Below, in pieces: positions 36,388-50,000 of a stretch of DNA of 64,000 nucleotides; within the stretch, counting starts at the first letter, position 1; the number at the start of each line of letters is the position of its first letter. A program made the position numbers and the translations under genes. The stretch covers positions 1 through 64,000 of the forward strand of contig MCFE01000473.1 of assembly GCA_002104905.1 (NCBI GenBank), written 5' to 3'. The notes under the pieces were generated by a model. It saw only the letters and a program-made list of their open reading frames with translations. It was not told where the DNA came from and did not search any database. Source of the DNA: Basidiobolus meristosporus CBS 931.73. Lineage: Eukaryota > Fungi > Basidiobolomycota.

Positions 36388-39300
36388 CCCTATGAAAAAT
36401 TATTGAGATGATCCTGGCAAAAGGCCATCACAAAGTTAAAGTCCCACTACTGAAAGGTACTGATCTTGTTGGACATTGTCTAGAGACCATTGAAAAATAA
36501 TTGCACCCCAGATTTCACTAAAAGCTTTATCAAAATTTTGCATCACAACAATATATAGGTGGCTTTTGATTGGTTCTCTGCCAATTTGCTCACTATCTGA
36601 TCCTGGACACTCTATTGCCTCCTATGCTTGTATGAAGTGATTGGCTATTGCCTCTTTCTCACACTCCTTACTTCATGACTCAACTGTTTCTCTTACTTTT
36701 CATGAGTACAAATTGATTTATTTCTGTCAAAACTTCAGTTGTACTCCAATTGCCAATTGTATGGACCTATACAAATCTCTATACCCTGTACTAACATTAA
36801 GCCCAACCTCACATTCAACAAGTAACTCCATCAAATTCCACAACTCAATAAGTATTTCTGCTGTAACACTCTGGTTCCACAAATTTGGTGAGAACCTAAC
36901 AGCTTTATGCCACTTCTCATTCACTAGTTCCCACACGTCCTGGTCTTTAGCCAGCACTGCAAGGTCTAGCACCACATCTGCCGGTCTTTGCAATAAATCC
37001 TTGCAATATTCTAGCGCGTTTTCTTGAGCACTGCTCTTGTAGAAGTGCTACAACCTCTTGGTGTGCCTATTGATGTTTTAAAACTCCATTGAAGGCATTG
37101 TGATAGTCTTTTGAGCTCTTGACATTGTAGCCTTGTCTGTCAATGAGATCTCCACTTTGATAACAATGGAAGCTGTGGTGGACAAATTGCTTTTTTCAGC
37201 AAATTCATCTACCTTGCTGGAGTGAAGCTTAACTGGCTGTGCGTCCAGCTCTTGTGAAAACAGCTATTTTCTTGGTTGGTACTCTTCTTGCCTATGATGG
37301 GATTCAGTCTGTTCCTGACTTGCAGCATTAATTGGCAAGGACTGCATTTTTTTTGCATGCATCCCTGTCTCAGGCTTTGGTACACATTTTTCCCGTTACC
37401 TTTTCCTTTATCACTGCCAGGTCTTTGACTGCTACTTTGTCTGAATGCTTCTTGTAAAGAACTACATTTCTCCTGGATAAATTCTGCTCTGATGCATCTG
37501 TTTTGGCCTGCTTATCCCTTGCTGGCACTCTTCTGGCAACCTGATGTTTCATTTCCCCTTGTTGTGAGCTCTCAGCCATAGTTGTGACAGGCTCCTGTAA
37601 AAGCGGCTGGTTTTTATCACTGCCAGGTCCTTCACTGCTACTTTGACTGGGTGCTTCTTGAGTTGTACTATGCTTCTTCCTTGATAAATGTTGTGCTGGT
37701 GCATCCAAGTCTGCCTGCTTGTCCCCATTTGGCAAACCTTCAGCTACCTGACATCTCTTTAACACTTGTCTGGAGCTTTTGGCCCTGCTTGTAACAGGCT
37801 CTTGAGGAAGCTGCTGGTTTTTAGCCATGGCACCCTTGTTCTTCTGCCTTCAATAGTTTCTGATATTTTTAAGATACTTTCTGAGCATATTAATGCTGGC
37901 CCAAAATCTGTTTGCACATTTGAATCCAGGATAATGCTTGTGGAACAAGTCAAGTGCATTCTGCTTGGCCTCAAGTTCCTGATGGTCCCATGGTATGCTG
38001 GCCTTAAGGTGATAGCATGCTAGACTTTGGACAGCCACTTGTATCTTAGCCCACTCCTCATTATTGCACTCAATGGCCTTATGGATCCTCAATGTCTTCA
38101 ACTTTTAGGCTTTAGTATAAACATCACATTGACTCCCTTCCATGCTGTGATAGGTTTTTCTGTGGGCTTTATCTTTGAGCACTGTTGTTGTGCTTGAAGG
38201 ACTGTACAGTGTTCCTCTGCTGTTACATTGGGAAGTGGCTCAATTCTTGGCTGTGACATTGCACTACTTGAGTTCCTTCTATGCAGCAAAGATATTGCTT
38301 TCTCTCCCTGGGATATTGATTGCTCTACTCATATTATCCACTCATCCTTTTTCTGGACTGTTTCCTGATTTCTCTGGGCCATTGCACCTTTCCTATCAGC
38401 CACTGCACCTAATTGCTTCATTAATGCTTTGGTATATGCCAACAACATACTTGCTAATATGGGTGGTAGTGATGTCATTGTGGCCACTTGCTGATCTTCA
38501 ACTGAGGGTACTGCGTTTGCTACATTCTCATCTGCCTGAGCATAACAGTCAGCTTGTGGCTCTGCAGAGTGTCTTGATTGCCTACTTGACTGAGAGCCTG
38601 AAGAGTTTGCATTATTGCCTTCAGTGGGCACACTGTCCACAGGGCCTTTTTTGGATGTAGCCCTGCTTGTTGCACTGAATATCAGAGCAAGCTATTGTCC
38701 AGCTGTTCTTCTGTTGCCATCAGCGGTAAGGTCTGGTTGAGAACCAGACAGCTTTGCTTTATTTTTTGGTGGCATACATATGGAAGTGAGTCAAGCCAAA
38801 GGGGTAATAGTGTTACATATACATGTGTATGTGGTGCCACAACTTTATTTATAATGCTTACTATGGCGGGTCATCATTGTATCTTACATTCATGTAGATG
38901 CAATGTCTCAAACACAAGACTGTCTTATGCTCACATGAGTATTGACCAAAAAGTGATATAATAGCATTACATTGTTGAAGGTCATACTGTTTGCCCCATG
39001 GACAAGACTACTTTGACTCAATGCTGTAAGAGAAGAGAAAAAAGGCCATGTGGCTATTGTGGCAAGCCTCTCAGTCATGGAGCACACAGACAGCATAGGA
39101 ATTTTTGCAAGGATCATGGCCAGTGTTTTGCCACCTAAGTCATATTTGACCATTCAATGGTCACTATTGTACAAAATTATCATGCCAGCCAGTTTATACT
39201 TCTATATTGGCACCTGGCCATCTTTGTCACCTTGCACAAACTGAATCAGGTGAGTGTGTGATGCCTTTAGGCTCACCTCAGCCTTCTGTATATGGCACAC

Positions 39301-39573
39301 AGAGTGATAGCTCTGACAAAGAAGGTTCACTGATGGATTTTTGAGCCTATCCCCCCTAACAAAAGTACCATATATGAGCCCAATCAAATCCCTATATACA
39401 GTTAGAAAACACCCATTGAAATAAATGCCAAGGATACTTTATGGAGCCAAGTGAGCCCAGTGTTACTTTGACTGATGAATAATGTAATGTTCTGGCCACA
39501 GAAGTGGCGTGTTTCCACTAATATCAGTAATGGGGGCTTTAAGGATTTATTACTACTTCTTGCCAAAACCATA
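36388..39573 (+). mobile_element. En/Spm (CMC)-type transposon copy C, 3'-truncated
   Basis: Begins CCCTATGAAAAATTATTGAG and is colinear with copy B from 28020 to ~31200, including the divergent ORF (ATG 38775, minus) and transposase start (ATG 38998). Confidence 0.85.
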
Positions 39574-39574
39574 C

Positions 39575-40085
39575 CAGTGTGGTGGTGTATAGGACCATAA
39601 GAGAGATACATCCAACACTTCTCAAGTGTTCTGTGTGTGGGGTGTTCACTGGGTGCAATAACCTCTGGCATAAGCTTGCTAGGAATACTTGGGTTCTGTC
39701 TCTAATCTAATCTGATGGGGAATAAAGCCACAAGCTTGTCAAGGGAAAACTGTTGCGCTACAATCCCCAACTTAGTTGGCATCTTAACAAAAGTATGTGC
39801 TGGGTTCAGCATCCTTTGAGATGACAATGTACTAAAGCTTCCAAAGTCAAACAACTGTAAGCTCCACCGGCAGGGACTTGATAAGAATGCAGCTGTGGTC
39901 AATAGTTACAATGACAGAAAAGTATCCTTACCTGTACAAGAACAAACTTGGGAAAGAATCAAATATAATAAAGGATACCTACACTGAGTATTTCTCACAA
40001 GTAGTGCCTCCAAGGTTAGTTGGCAGTCAGCGCAGTTTCTTAGGAGTTTCCTGTGGTCTGGGGTTGGAAGTTCAGGTAGCAGCAG
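39575..40085 (-). repeat. Inverted second copy of the unclassified repeat at 22858-23372
   Basis: Direct alignment by eye, e.g. GCTGCATTCTTATCAAGTCC and AAGATGCCAACTAAGTTGGGGATTGTAGC. Confidence 0.8.
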
Positions 40086-40105
40086 GTATTGGTGATCACA
40101 CTAAT

Positions 40106-43100
40106 TGTCAAGTTAGTATATTCTTAAAAGGGATGATGATTGATTGTTGAGGGATAGTCTCCCTTATATACTTTTCTTACTGGCTAAGTGATTACTAATC
40201 ATGGTGTTCCAGAAGGTTCTTGATATCAATAGAAATCTTAATGTCATCATAATGACCTAAGAATGTTCTAAGTAGGTGCTGGAAGGTTCTAAGAGCCACA
40301 GTACATCCAACCAATCAGGAATCAGTACTATGAGACCTGTGTAACATAGGGATACCACATATGGTATGGAAATGCTTGGGACAGTGGCACAGGTTGATCA
40401 TGTGTCACAGGTACTGGTGTGGGTACTTGCCTAATATAGAAGCACTTACTGCTAGTAATTGTACACAAAGTGGGGGATAACTTATGCAATAGGGTAAGCA
40501 GGTGTGATAGTCAACTGGCTTATGGTATAGTACTGATCTGGTAAGACAAATGGGATAAAACTAAAATAAGGGTAGTAGAGAAATAGGAAGTAGAAAATAT
40601 AGGAACAAGCACATCTGTCAGTGGGTGTCACTCTCACCCCCCTACATCCACCCCCCTCTCAGCTCTGAGCTTGGGTCAAAGCAAACTAATCCTGATATTC
40701 AAAGTTCCTATGATTGAATAACTTAAGTCAGTTTCCTGAAACTGGTGCTCTCAACTGGGTGTTGTCAAGCTCAGATATTTCCAATCACTTTGGAAATGAG
40801 GTAGGGGCCAGTCCATTTGTTGTCATACTTCCTACTCCATTGTTTGTCCAAGGTGGAAGTATAGAGTAATACTGGAACTCCTAGTGATAGCGGTTTTGGT
40901 CTTGTTGAGTGTGATTTGTCAAAGGGCACTTTGTTCTTTACTTGTGTATCCTTAAGTTGTTCAGCAGCTCTGTAAATATTCAAGTCATGGTGGTCAGGTT
41001 GCTGTATTCAAGTTGCAAGGAAATCTTCAGTCTGCATATTGGATATCCAATTCAATGAGTTCCAAGTGACTGTGTTTAACTCAACTGATAGTATGCAATC
41101 ATGTCCATAGAGTAGCTTGAGTGGCAATAATCCAGTTGTTCTCATGGAAGTAATTTTATCTGCCAAGAGTTCAAGATGTATTGTGTTGTATTATTATTAG
41201 TTTGGGGCTTGTTCTACAATGTAGAGGCTAATCAAAAATATACAACAACTTTCAGTATGCTAATACTGAAATAGTTTATTGGGAGTTTGATATACCAATA
41301 GAAGATATAACTTTCACTAATATCCTCAATCTTAGGCTCAAAATATACTATAGGCAGTGTTTCTCACTTCTACAACAGTGTTCTGACCTTGTGTTGACTA
41401 ATGAGCTTATTTACACTTATAGTAACTTTTTCTCATATAGAAGTCACTTTCCTTTCTGACAAAATATTTCCTAATATGAAAACTCTGAACTCCCCTTTAA
41501 CCTAAAGGGGTGTGTTGCAGAAGTCTCTAAAGGGGTGTCCCTAGAGTAAAGGGGCTTCTTAGAGGGGACTTTTCCAACAGAAAAGTGGTAGTTTCTTGTA
41601 GAACTCAGATTGAATTTTTGTGAGCTTTGAAGTCTCTTAACTGATGTAGTAACAATCAAAGTCAGAATACTCAACAGTGCAAGTAATGCAGGGGAAGTCT
41701 TATAACCTTTAAACTTGTAATTGTAGTGTGGAGATTCTGGAAAGAGAAGCTCTCCTTCATTTTTCAGCTGTGGAAGTCATATATATGATATTTCTGAAGG
41801 ATCAAAGTTTTTGGGCAATTGCGCTAGCAATACACGTGATAGAAAGCTTAAACTTTGCAGTAGTGGAGATCAGTTGTAAGCACAGCACCTGTAAGAATAT
41901 CATGTGATATGATTGGCTGCTTCAAAATCTACACACAATCAGAGTTACCATAGTAATCCTAGCAATAGTGGCCTTGCATATATAATAATTGGACTCTTTT
42001 GGTCATTACTCCTTAAGTACTGCTTCAAATGAGCTGTGATATGAAGCATGTGTTGGCTACTGTGTGCTCTGTATGACATAATATTCTTGGGTGGATTGCT
42101 TGTCAGGGTCTGGAGTATTTGTCCTTCAAAGTTGGAATTTCTTGATCTTTCACTTGTGTGCTACAATAGCAAAAAGCAAAACAAAAAATGAGTGCAATAT
42201 TGGTTTTGAGATATTGTAGTAATGGAAAGTAATCCATTACTACAGATGTAATTGCTGTGGCCACAATGTTGTGTTATTCTCACAGGTCTTGACAAGCAAG
42301 TTCAACAATGGTCCATGTCTGCTCTCTATCATTCCATTGGCTTGAGGGTGGTAAGCTGTGGTAAAAGCAATGCATATCTTGTACTTTGAGCACAACTCCT
42401 GGATCATTTGGGATGTCATCCCTCCTCTGTCAGCAACAAACTGTAGGATGCAGTCAAATCTGCAGATAATGTCTTCAAGTATAAATATCCATATGGTATG
42501 ACTCTTGTTGTTGGGTAAGGCTTGAGCTTCTGCCCATCCACTAAGATCATATCTGGCAACAATAGGTACATTTTTGATCCAGCTGTTGGCAAGTGTACAA
42601 GGTTGATACCAACCTTTTGCCATAGACAGATTGTGTAAATAGGATGCAGTGGTTCTTCATAATGCTTGGAGGATCCCTTCTGGCAGGCTATACATGACTC
42701 AACAAAGTGTTGGATATCATAGTACATGTTTTCCCAGTAGTACCTCTGAGCTGTGGTATTGTAGGTAGCTTCTTGTCCTCTATGCCCTCCTGGTTCTCCT
42801 TGGTGGATACTTGTCATGATGATCAGTTGCTCTTGTGAGGTAGTGACTAATCTTCTTGGCATAAGTCTAGGCTTCACCTGTTTAAAGAGAAGATCATCTT
42901 TGAGATAGCAGTGGGGTGCTTTCTTTCTGAATTTTCTAAACTCCTGAATTTCCATCCAACTAGGTTTCTTGAGTGTCCTTAGATATTCCTTGATCAGACT
43001 CCAGGTTGTTCTCTCTTGGTCTTTGATGGCAATCTGTTGGATCTCTGCATCAATCATATCATCAAAGTTAGGGTCCAAGTCTTCAAATAATTGTGGTCCC

Positions 43101-45375
43101 TTCCTGGAGAGTGCATCAGCCTCAACATTTGTATTGCCATGGATATGTCTGACCTCAGAATCAAACATTTTCAGCCATGCCATTCATCAGTTTGTGACAT
43201 CATCAGGTAGGTCAGGCTTGTCTATCATTCCTATAAGTGGCTTAGCATCTGTCTCCAGGATGAAATGTGTCATGCAGAGTTGTGACTTCAGCCTCCTCAG
43301 CATCTTCACAACTCCTAGTAGCTCTCTCTTAATCTGTGAGTATCTTTGTTCTCTAAGAGAGGCAGCTCTCATATCTGCAGGCATAGTTGTTGCCATCTTC
43401 ATCATCTTGGCCAAGTAGTGCTCCAGCTCCTACAGGGCTTGCATCCACTGTCAAAGTAGATGGACACTCAGTGTTCTGACAGTCAAGAGGTCTTAGAACT
43501 GGTGGAGATACTAAGGTTTCTTTGAGTAACTGCATGGGTTCTTCTTGCTCGTCTCCCTAGATAAATGGAGTATTCTAACTCTGCAGTTGGCAGATTGGTT
43601 CTGCTATCTCAGATAATTTTGGGATCCAGATCCTAAAGAACCCACAAGCTGCCACAAAGCCACAAGCTTGTGTTAGATTTGTGAGGATAGGCCAGTTGCA
43701 TATTTTTTATGTCTTGGATTCTCCAGGTGAACAACCAAAGGTGTTGCATTCTTGTCCAACAATGGATATCTCTGATACACAAAAGCTGCTTTTCTCACCA
43801 CTGATGGTGAGTCCAGCTCCTTCAATGGCTCCTAATATGGCATCATTTTCTGAAATATGGTCATAGACAAACTTTCTTACTCCAGGCATAACTTCAGTGG
43901 TGTCCTAGAATTTTGGTCCTTTGATGCCTATGTCATCAACAAAGACAGCAAGTTTCTCAGGTATAAACTGGTACAGCACATTCACCATGCATCTCTGGAG
44001 CTGAGCCACAGAATTTGTAGCGCCTTGGCTGAGTCTTGTCATCCTTGACAGTCCAAATTATGTTTGGAGTGCAAACATATCTATTGATGTCTCATCAAGG
44101 GGATCTGGTCATATCCTGAGCTGAGATTGTATATTCAGTAGATGGAGTGGCCACTAAAGCTTTCTGCAAAGTCATCAATAAATGGAGGCATAGAAGCATT
44201 TTTGATAGTGACAGCATTTGCAGGTTGCATGTCTTGAATGATTTGGAGCTTTCCATTCTTCTTTTTGGTCAGAAACCATCTGTCAGCATAAGGTCCATGG
44301 CAAGGTTCTAGGATACCAGCTTCTATCTTCTTCTGAGGTATGTCATGCTCATCAGCTTGGAGTCATCTGGGCAGTGGGTAAGGCTTAAATGACCAGGGTG
44401 CATGAGGCACTGTATGAATCTTGATGGGTTTTTTAACCAATGTCTTTAAGAGCCCCATCTCCTTGTCATTATATGAGAAAACCTTTTCATGCCTTTTCAG
44501 GGTTTCTCCAAATAATAAGATCTCCTCTGGTGTTAGGTTTCCATCACCAATGATAAGTTGCTTAAGTCTCTCAGGTGTTAGTTATATATCTTCTGGTGGT
44601 CTGATGTAATCTGCCGGTTGAGATGCATTAGTCAAAGGTGTAAGTGATGGGCTAATCTTCTGTTCTACTGTCTTGTACTTTGTTTGCACCATAGCTGTCT
44701 GCTCCTGTATATCTAATGAGCAGCTCCAAATGTTGAGGTGTATATTGTCAGGCTACTCATCTTCTTCTATAACAAGGTGTGTCTTCTGGCAAGCAGTATA
44801 TGTCCTCTTATTGTGGGGTGTCACACCACAGAAGGTTGATTGTAGTCCTGGGTTGGATCCTTGGTTGGTATTCCATACTGACCCATTGGAATACTTGGTA
44901 GTTTTAGCCTTAGTACTGGTTTCCCATGGTCTACCTAGCAGAAGGTCAAAGTTTGCCTTCTGGCAGATGAAGAGGGGAAGCCAGACCTTGATTCCTTGTA
45001 CCTCAATAAGGTACTTGCGCACTACACCATAGAGTGGACTAGATCCTGAGTTTGCATCAGTCATCTTCCATCCAATATCTCTATCAACAGACAGTAGCTC
45101 CTTGCTCCTAAGTGTCTTCCAGAAGTCAAGCGGCATAACACAACTCTCTGAACCACTGTCAATATGGCAGTCAACAGGGTCATCATATATATACCCTTTC
45201 ACCACAGCAGTTGCAACTGAGTAAAAGGTCTTATGTCTGGTAGTGTTGTCATCCTTTTGGTGATCTTCATGGTTTGTCTGAATTATATGGGTGGCCATAT
45301 GTTCAACAGCTTGTTGTCCTGTTCTAAGATGCTCATCAAAGGTCTTCCTAACAGATGGGGATACACTCATGATTT
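40106..45375 (-). mobile_element. Ty3/gypsy family G2, 5'-truncated: protease, RT, RNase H, integrase and putative 3' LTR (~40106-40646)
   Basis: CHIDSGSESCVM protease; VFVDDIGIK RT site (~43925-43955); LTVDASPVGAGA RNase H; GHRGQ...CIACQ integrase zinc finger; AYHPQANG; WTGPY. PPT GAGAGGGGGGTGGA precedes TGTAG at 40646. LTR limits tentative. Confidence 0.85.
41179..42244. mobile_element. ~1.07-kb solo-LTR-like element, copy 2 (4-bp TSD GATG), inserted in the G2 integrase
   Basis: GATG|TATTGTG...ATTACTACA|GATG; the G2 integrase frame is continuous across the site (QQLHL|ELLADKITSMRTTG). Confidence 0.85.
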
Positions 45376-47086
45376 CTCCAACCAACAAAGCAACAAAACC
45401 AAAGAAAATCTGGTTGCTGTAGCTACTGTAAAAAGCCAGGACACTGGGCAAGAGAATGCAAGAAGAAACAAGCAGACAAAAAACAGAAACCAGAGCAGGC
45501 AAACCATATAACTACTGATGAACAGTTATTTGTAACCATACAAAAGAGTGCAAGTAACCAAAGTAATGAATGGTACATGGACTCTGGAGCATCACAGCAT
45601 ATTTGTGGTATATAGGAGTGGTTCAGCAACTTAAAGACTCTTCCTGTAAGCAAGGCTTATCTAGGAGATAACTGTGCTCTGGAAGCTACCACCAGTGGGT
45701 CTATACAACTAAATATGAGCAATAGGTCAGGGGCAACAATAACAAGACTGACTGATGTACTCTATGTACCTGGGATAGCTAAGAACCAACTTTCAGTTAA
45801 TAAAGCAACTGCTCAGGGACTGAAGTTTGCTTTTACTAAGATTAGCTGCGCAATATTGAGTGAAAATGGACAAATATTAGCTTTGGGAATTAGAGATCAC
45901 AATATATACAAGTTGCAATGCAAGATCACTGTACCTGAGTATGTCAACATTGCTGAAACTGATGAAACCAACTGGGAGAGGTGGCATAGGAGGATAGGAC
46001 ACATTGTGGAACAAAAAATGAGCCAATTGGAGAAAAATCAGCTTGTTTTGGGCCTAAAATATTCAATTCCAATCAACTGAATGTTTGTATGAGTTGTTTG
46101 GATGGCAAACAAGCCAGGCAACATTTCAAGAGCTCAGAAGGCATCAATACCACTAAAATATTGGCAATTGTACACTCCAACATATGTGGCCCCATGGGAA
46201 CACTATCCTTTGGAGCCAAGATATTCTTTATGACTTTTATTGGTGACAAAACAAGATATACATGGGTGTACTCCCTCAAAACAAAGGATGAAGCTTCAGA
46301 GACATTAGGCACTTCAAGATTATGGTAGAAGCATAGACAGGGTGTAAATTAAAGGTACTACAAAGCAATAATGGAGAAGAATACTACTCAAAGGAGTTTG
46401 CAAAATACTGCTCATCTATTGGTACACTTCAACAGACCACAGTTCCTTATACTCTACAGCAAAATGGAGTAGCAGAATGTGCAAATAGAGCAATAGTAGA
46501 GAGGGGAAGATCTATGCTACATGATAAGGGAATGGACTACAAGGCTTGGGCTAAATCTGTTGCTACCGTGGTATAAGTCAAAACAGATGCCCAACAACAG
46601 CACTGCATGATTCTACACCCTTTGAAGCATATACAGGCAACAAACCTGAACTCCAGTACCTCATGATCTCTAGTATTAGTGTTTTTTATCACACCCATGA
46701 CAAAAAACACTCAAAGTTGGAACAAAAGAGCAGGAAAGGGATATTTTTTGGGTATTGTGAAGATACTAAAGGCTCTAGAGTGTATGATGGCAAGATTCAG
46801 AAGCTGATCAAGAGCAGGGATGTTGTATTTGAGCAGAATTCAGATCAGAAAGCCAAAGAAATCATTGGCTAGCTGCCTAATGATGCAATCAACACTAGTG
46901 AAGAAGATACATACCAAATTCAGCCAGATATGGAAGATACTTCTACAAGTTCCAGATCAGCGTAGATTATCCCTGCCAGGAGATCTACCAAAATAAGAAA
47001 TGCCCCTGGATTCTGGTGGCAGTGATCCAATGATCATGAAGAAGCTTATCTTGCCTTATGTGCCAAACCTCAGAATCTAGAAGAGG

Positions 47087-50000
47087 TGTTACAAGTCTTG
47101 GTATAAGAGTTGTAGAGGAATAGTGAGTTTAGCTAGTATTGTATTCACTAAAACTTGAACTGATCTTTATTGTGGTTCCAGCAGCTCTTCATATACATTT
47201 GCCAGATCAATTGCTGACTAATTATATTTCCAAATGCAGGTGGTGGCTGATGACTCATTTGATTTCATCATCATCACCCAATAAGATCCTCCTTAATATA
47301 TCTATTTATGTCTGATGAGGATATGCTGATTCATTTGCTGACTAATGCTACTGATTTGATAGATAATACTGATATACTGATAACCTAAACATATAACTGA
47401 TTGATTTGACTAAAAACTGATCTAACTTAAACATTCAAGAGGCAGATCATAACATTCTCCCCTACTAAAGTTGAGAGGGTTCTCCTGAATCTCTTTTCTT
47501 GTGATACCAATATCTTGATTATTCTGTATTATCAGCAAGTCTTGCAAGCTTGAGTCTATCTCTATGAACTAAATCTTACCAGATATTCCCCTGTTTATCC
47601 CCCAGTTAGTAAATTGCAAATGGACATTCTCTGATGATCTTGAATGGTACTGTCCATTGTGGCTCAAACTTCTTCTGAGTGTTGTTTCTTAGCAATACAA
47701 AGCTGCCAACTGTCAATGCTTTGGGTGCAGTAGTCTTATCAAATCTCTGCTTTATCTTTTCTGCACTTTGAGATACTTTGGCCTGTGCCTCTTGTCACAT
47801 TGTTCCAATTGCTGGTGTCTACTGGGCTGACTGAGTTCATCTTCTAAGGCATCTGTACACTTGGGTTGTGTGAGATCTCCTGGAATCCTTGGTTCACATC
47901 CATACACTAAGTAAACTGGTGATTGTTGGGTAGTGTTGTGCACTCTAACTCTGCAGGCAAAAAGTGCTTGATCTATATACTCATCCCATCTACTGACAGC
48001 TCCATTTGCATACTTGGTCAGCATTTTTCCAAACAATCCATTAAACCGTTCAGTGACTCCATTAGTTCTGGGGTGATATGCTGAGGTTTTCAAGTGTTTA
48101 ATCTGCTGCATTTCCAGGTAAGCCTCTAATGTCTTTGCCATAAAGTTTGCTCCTCTATCAGATAAGATCTCCACAGGGCATCCAAACTTCAGCAGGATCT
48201 CATGGTAAATAAAACTTGCAACTTCTTGTTCACTGGCTATTGGTACAGCTTTAGCAACTGGTCATTTAGTAGCATGGTCAGTTGCTACTAGGGTCCAACA
48301 GTTGCATTTCCTGGTGGTTGGCAGTCTTCCAATTAGGTCAATTCCCCATCTCTCAAATGGCTGTACAGGCTCCAAAGGGAAGAGTTTGGCAATTCTTTGT
48401 GGCTGGCCTTGATTGATGTGGCAGTTTGGGCATGTTTTTACTAGCTTCTCAATATCTTGTTTCATTCTGGGCCACCATGCTCTGGCTTTCACAAGGCTAT
48501 AGGTTCCTTTAATCCCAAGATGTCCATATCCATTGTGTAACTTATGTACTAAATCCAGGCAAACAACATAAGGACAATAGGCAATAGGGCTTCCATCAAC
48601 AATTTGGTAGAGTGTTTCATCCTGTACAACAAATTTGCTGGCTTCATCCTGGATTAACTTCTTTATCTCTTCATCCTCCTCATAAGGAATGGCTTGGTCC
48701 TCCAAGTATTGTGGTAATAAACTAGGCCAATCTGATTCATGCATCAAGTTGAGTTGTGCCACTTGTTCTAGTCTTGATAAGGCATCAACAACCGTGTTGT
48801 TTTTCCCAGGGCAGTAGACAATCTCCAAGTCAAATTGCTGAATGTATTCACTTCATCTTGTCATTCTTCCTGACAGAACCTTCTGAGTAAATATATACAT
48901 CAGTGAGGCATGATCAGTCTTTACAGTGCATTTGACTCCTTCAATATAGCATCTCCATGTTTTTAGGCAGTGTATTATAGCAAGCATATCCTTCTCATGC
49001 ACAGGATAGTTTTGTTCTGCCAAGTTCAGTTTCTTGGGCTCAAAGGCAACTGGGTAGTCCTTTCCCTTGTGTTCTTGGCTTAGTACTCCACCAATTGCAT
49101 AATCTGAAGCATCTGTGCACAGGGTAAGCTCTTTTCTGAAGTCAGGTATTCTTAAGCTTGGCAGCTTTGCAAGTTCATTCTTGAGCGTCTGAAATGCAGT
49201 CTCTCAGGCTATGTCCCACTTGTAGGTGTTGTCTTTCTTGAGGATATCAGTTAAAGGAGCTGCAATGCTTGCAAAGGACTTGACAAATCTCCAATAATAG
49301 GATGTCATTCCAAGGAATGATCTGAGTTCTGATATGCTATGGGGCTGCTTCAAATTCTTGATAACCTCAACCTTCTGAGGGTCTAAGGTCACTCCTGTGC
49401 TAGTCCCTATGTGTCCCATATGTTCAATGTGTTCCTTGAAGAATTCACACTTGGCTAGCTTCCCAAAAAGCTTGTTCTCTCTTAGCTTCTTCAAGACCTT
49501 TTCAATGTGTAGCAAGTGATCCTCTTCTGTCTTGCTGTATATCAATATGTTATCTAGGTAGATTATCACAAGCTTGTCTAAGTATTAGTGGAAGATAGTC
49601 TGCATCAGGGTCATGAATGTTGCAGGGGCATTAGTGAGGCCAAAACTCATGACTAAGTACTTGTAATGTCCATATCTGGTCCCAAATGTTGTTTTAGGGA
49701 TATCTTCTGGTTTCACCCTAATCTGGTTGTATCCTGAGATGAGGTCAATCTTGCTGAAAATAGTGGCTATATTAAGTTGGTCCAAAAGCTCATCAATCCA
49801 AGGTATGGGGTACTTATTCTCAACAGTAACTGAGTTCAGGGCTCTGTAGTCAATGCACATTCTAAGTGTTCCAAGCTTCTTTTTCACAAAAAGCACTGGT
49901 GCTCCCCAAGGTGACTTGCTGGGTCTGATGTATCCGTGCTCCAATAGCTGATCAATTTGTCTCTTCATTTCCTCCAATTCCAATGGAATCATTCTGTAAG

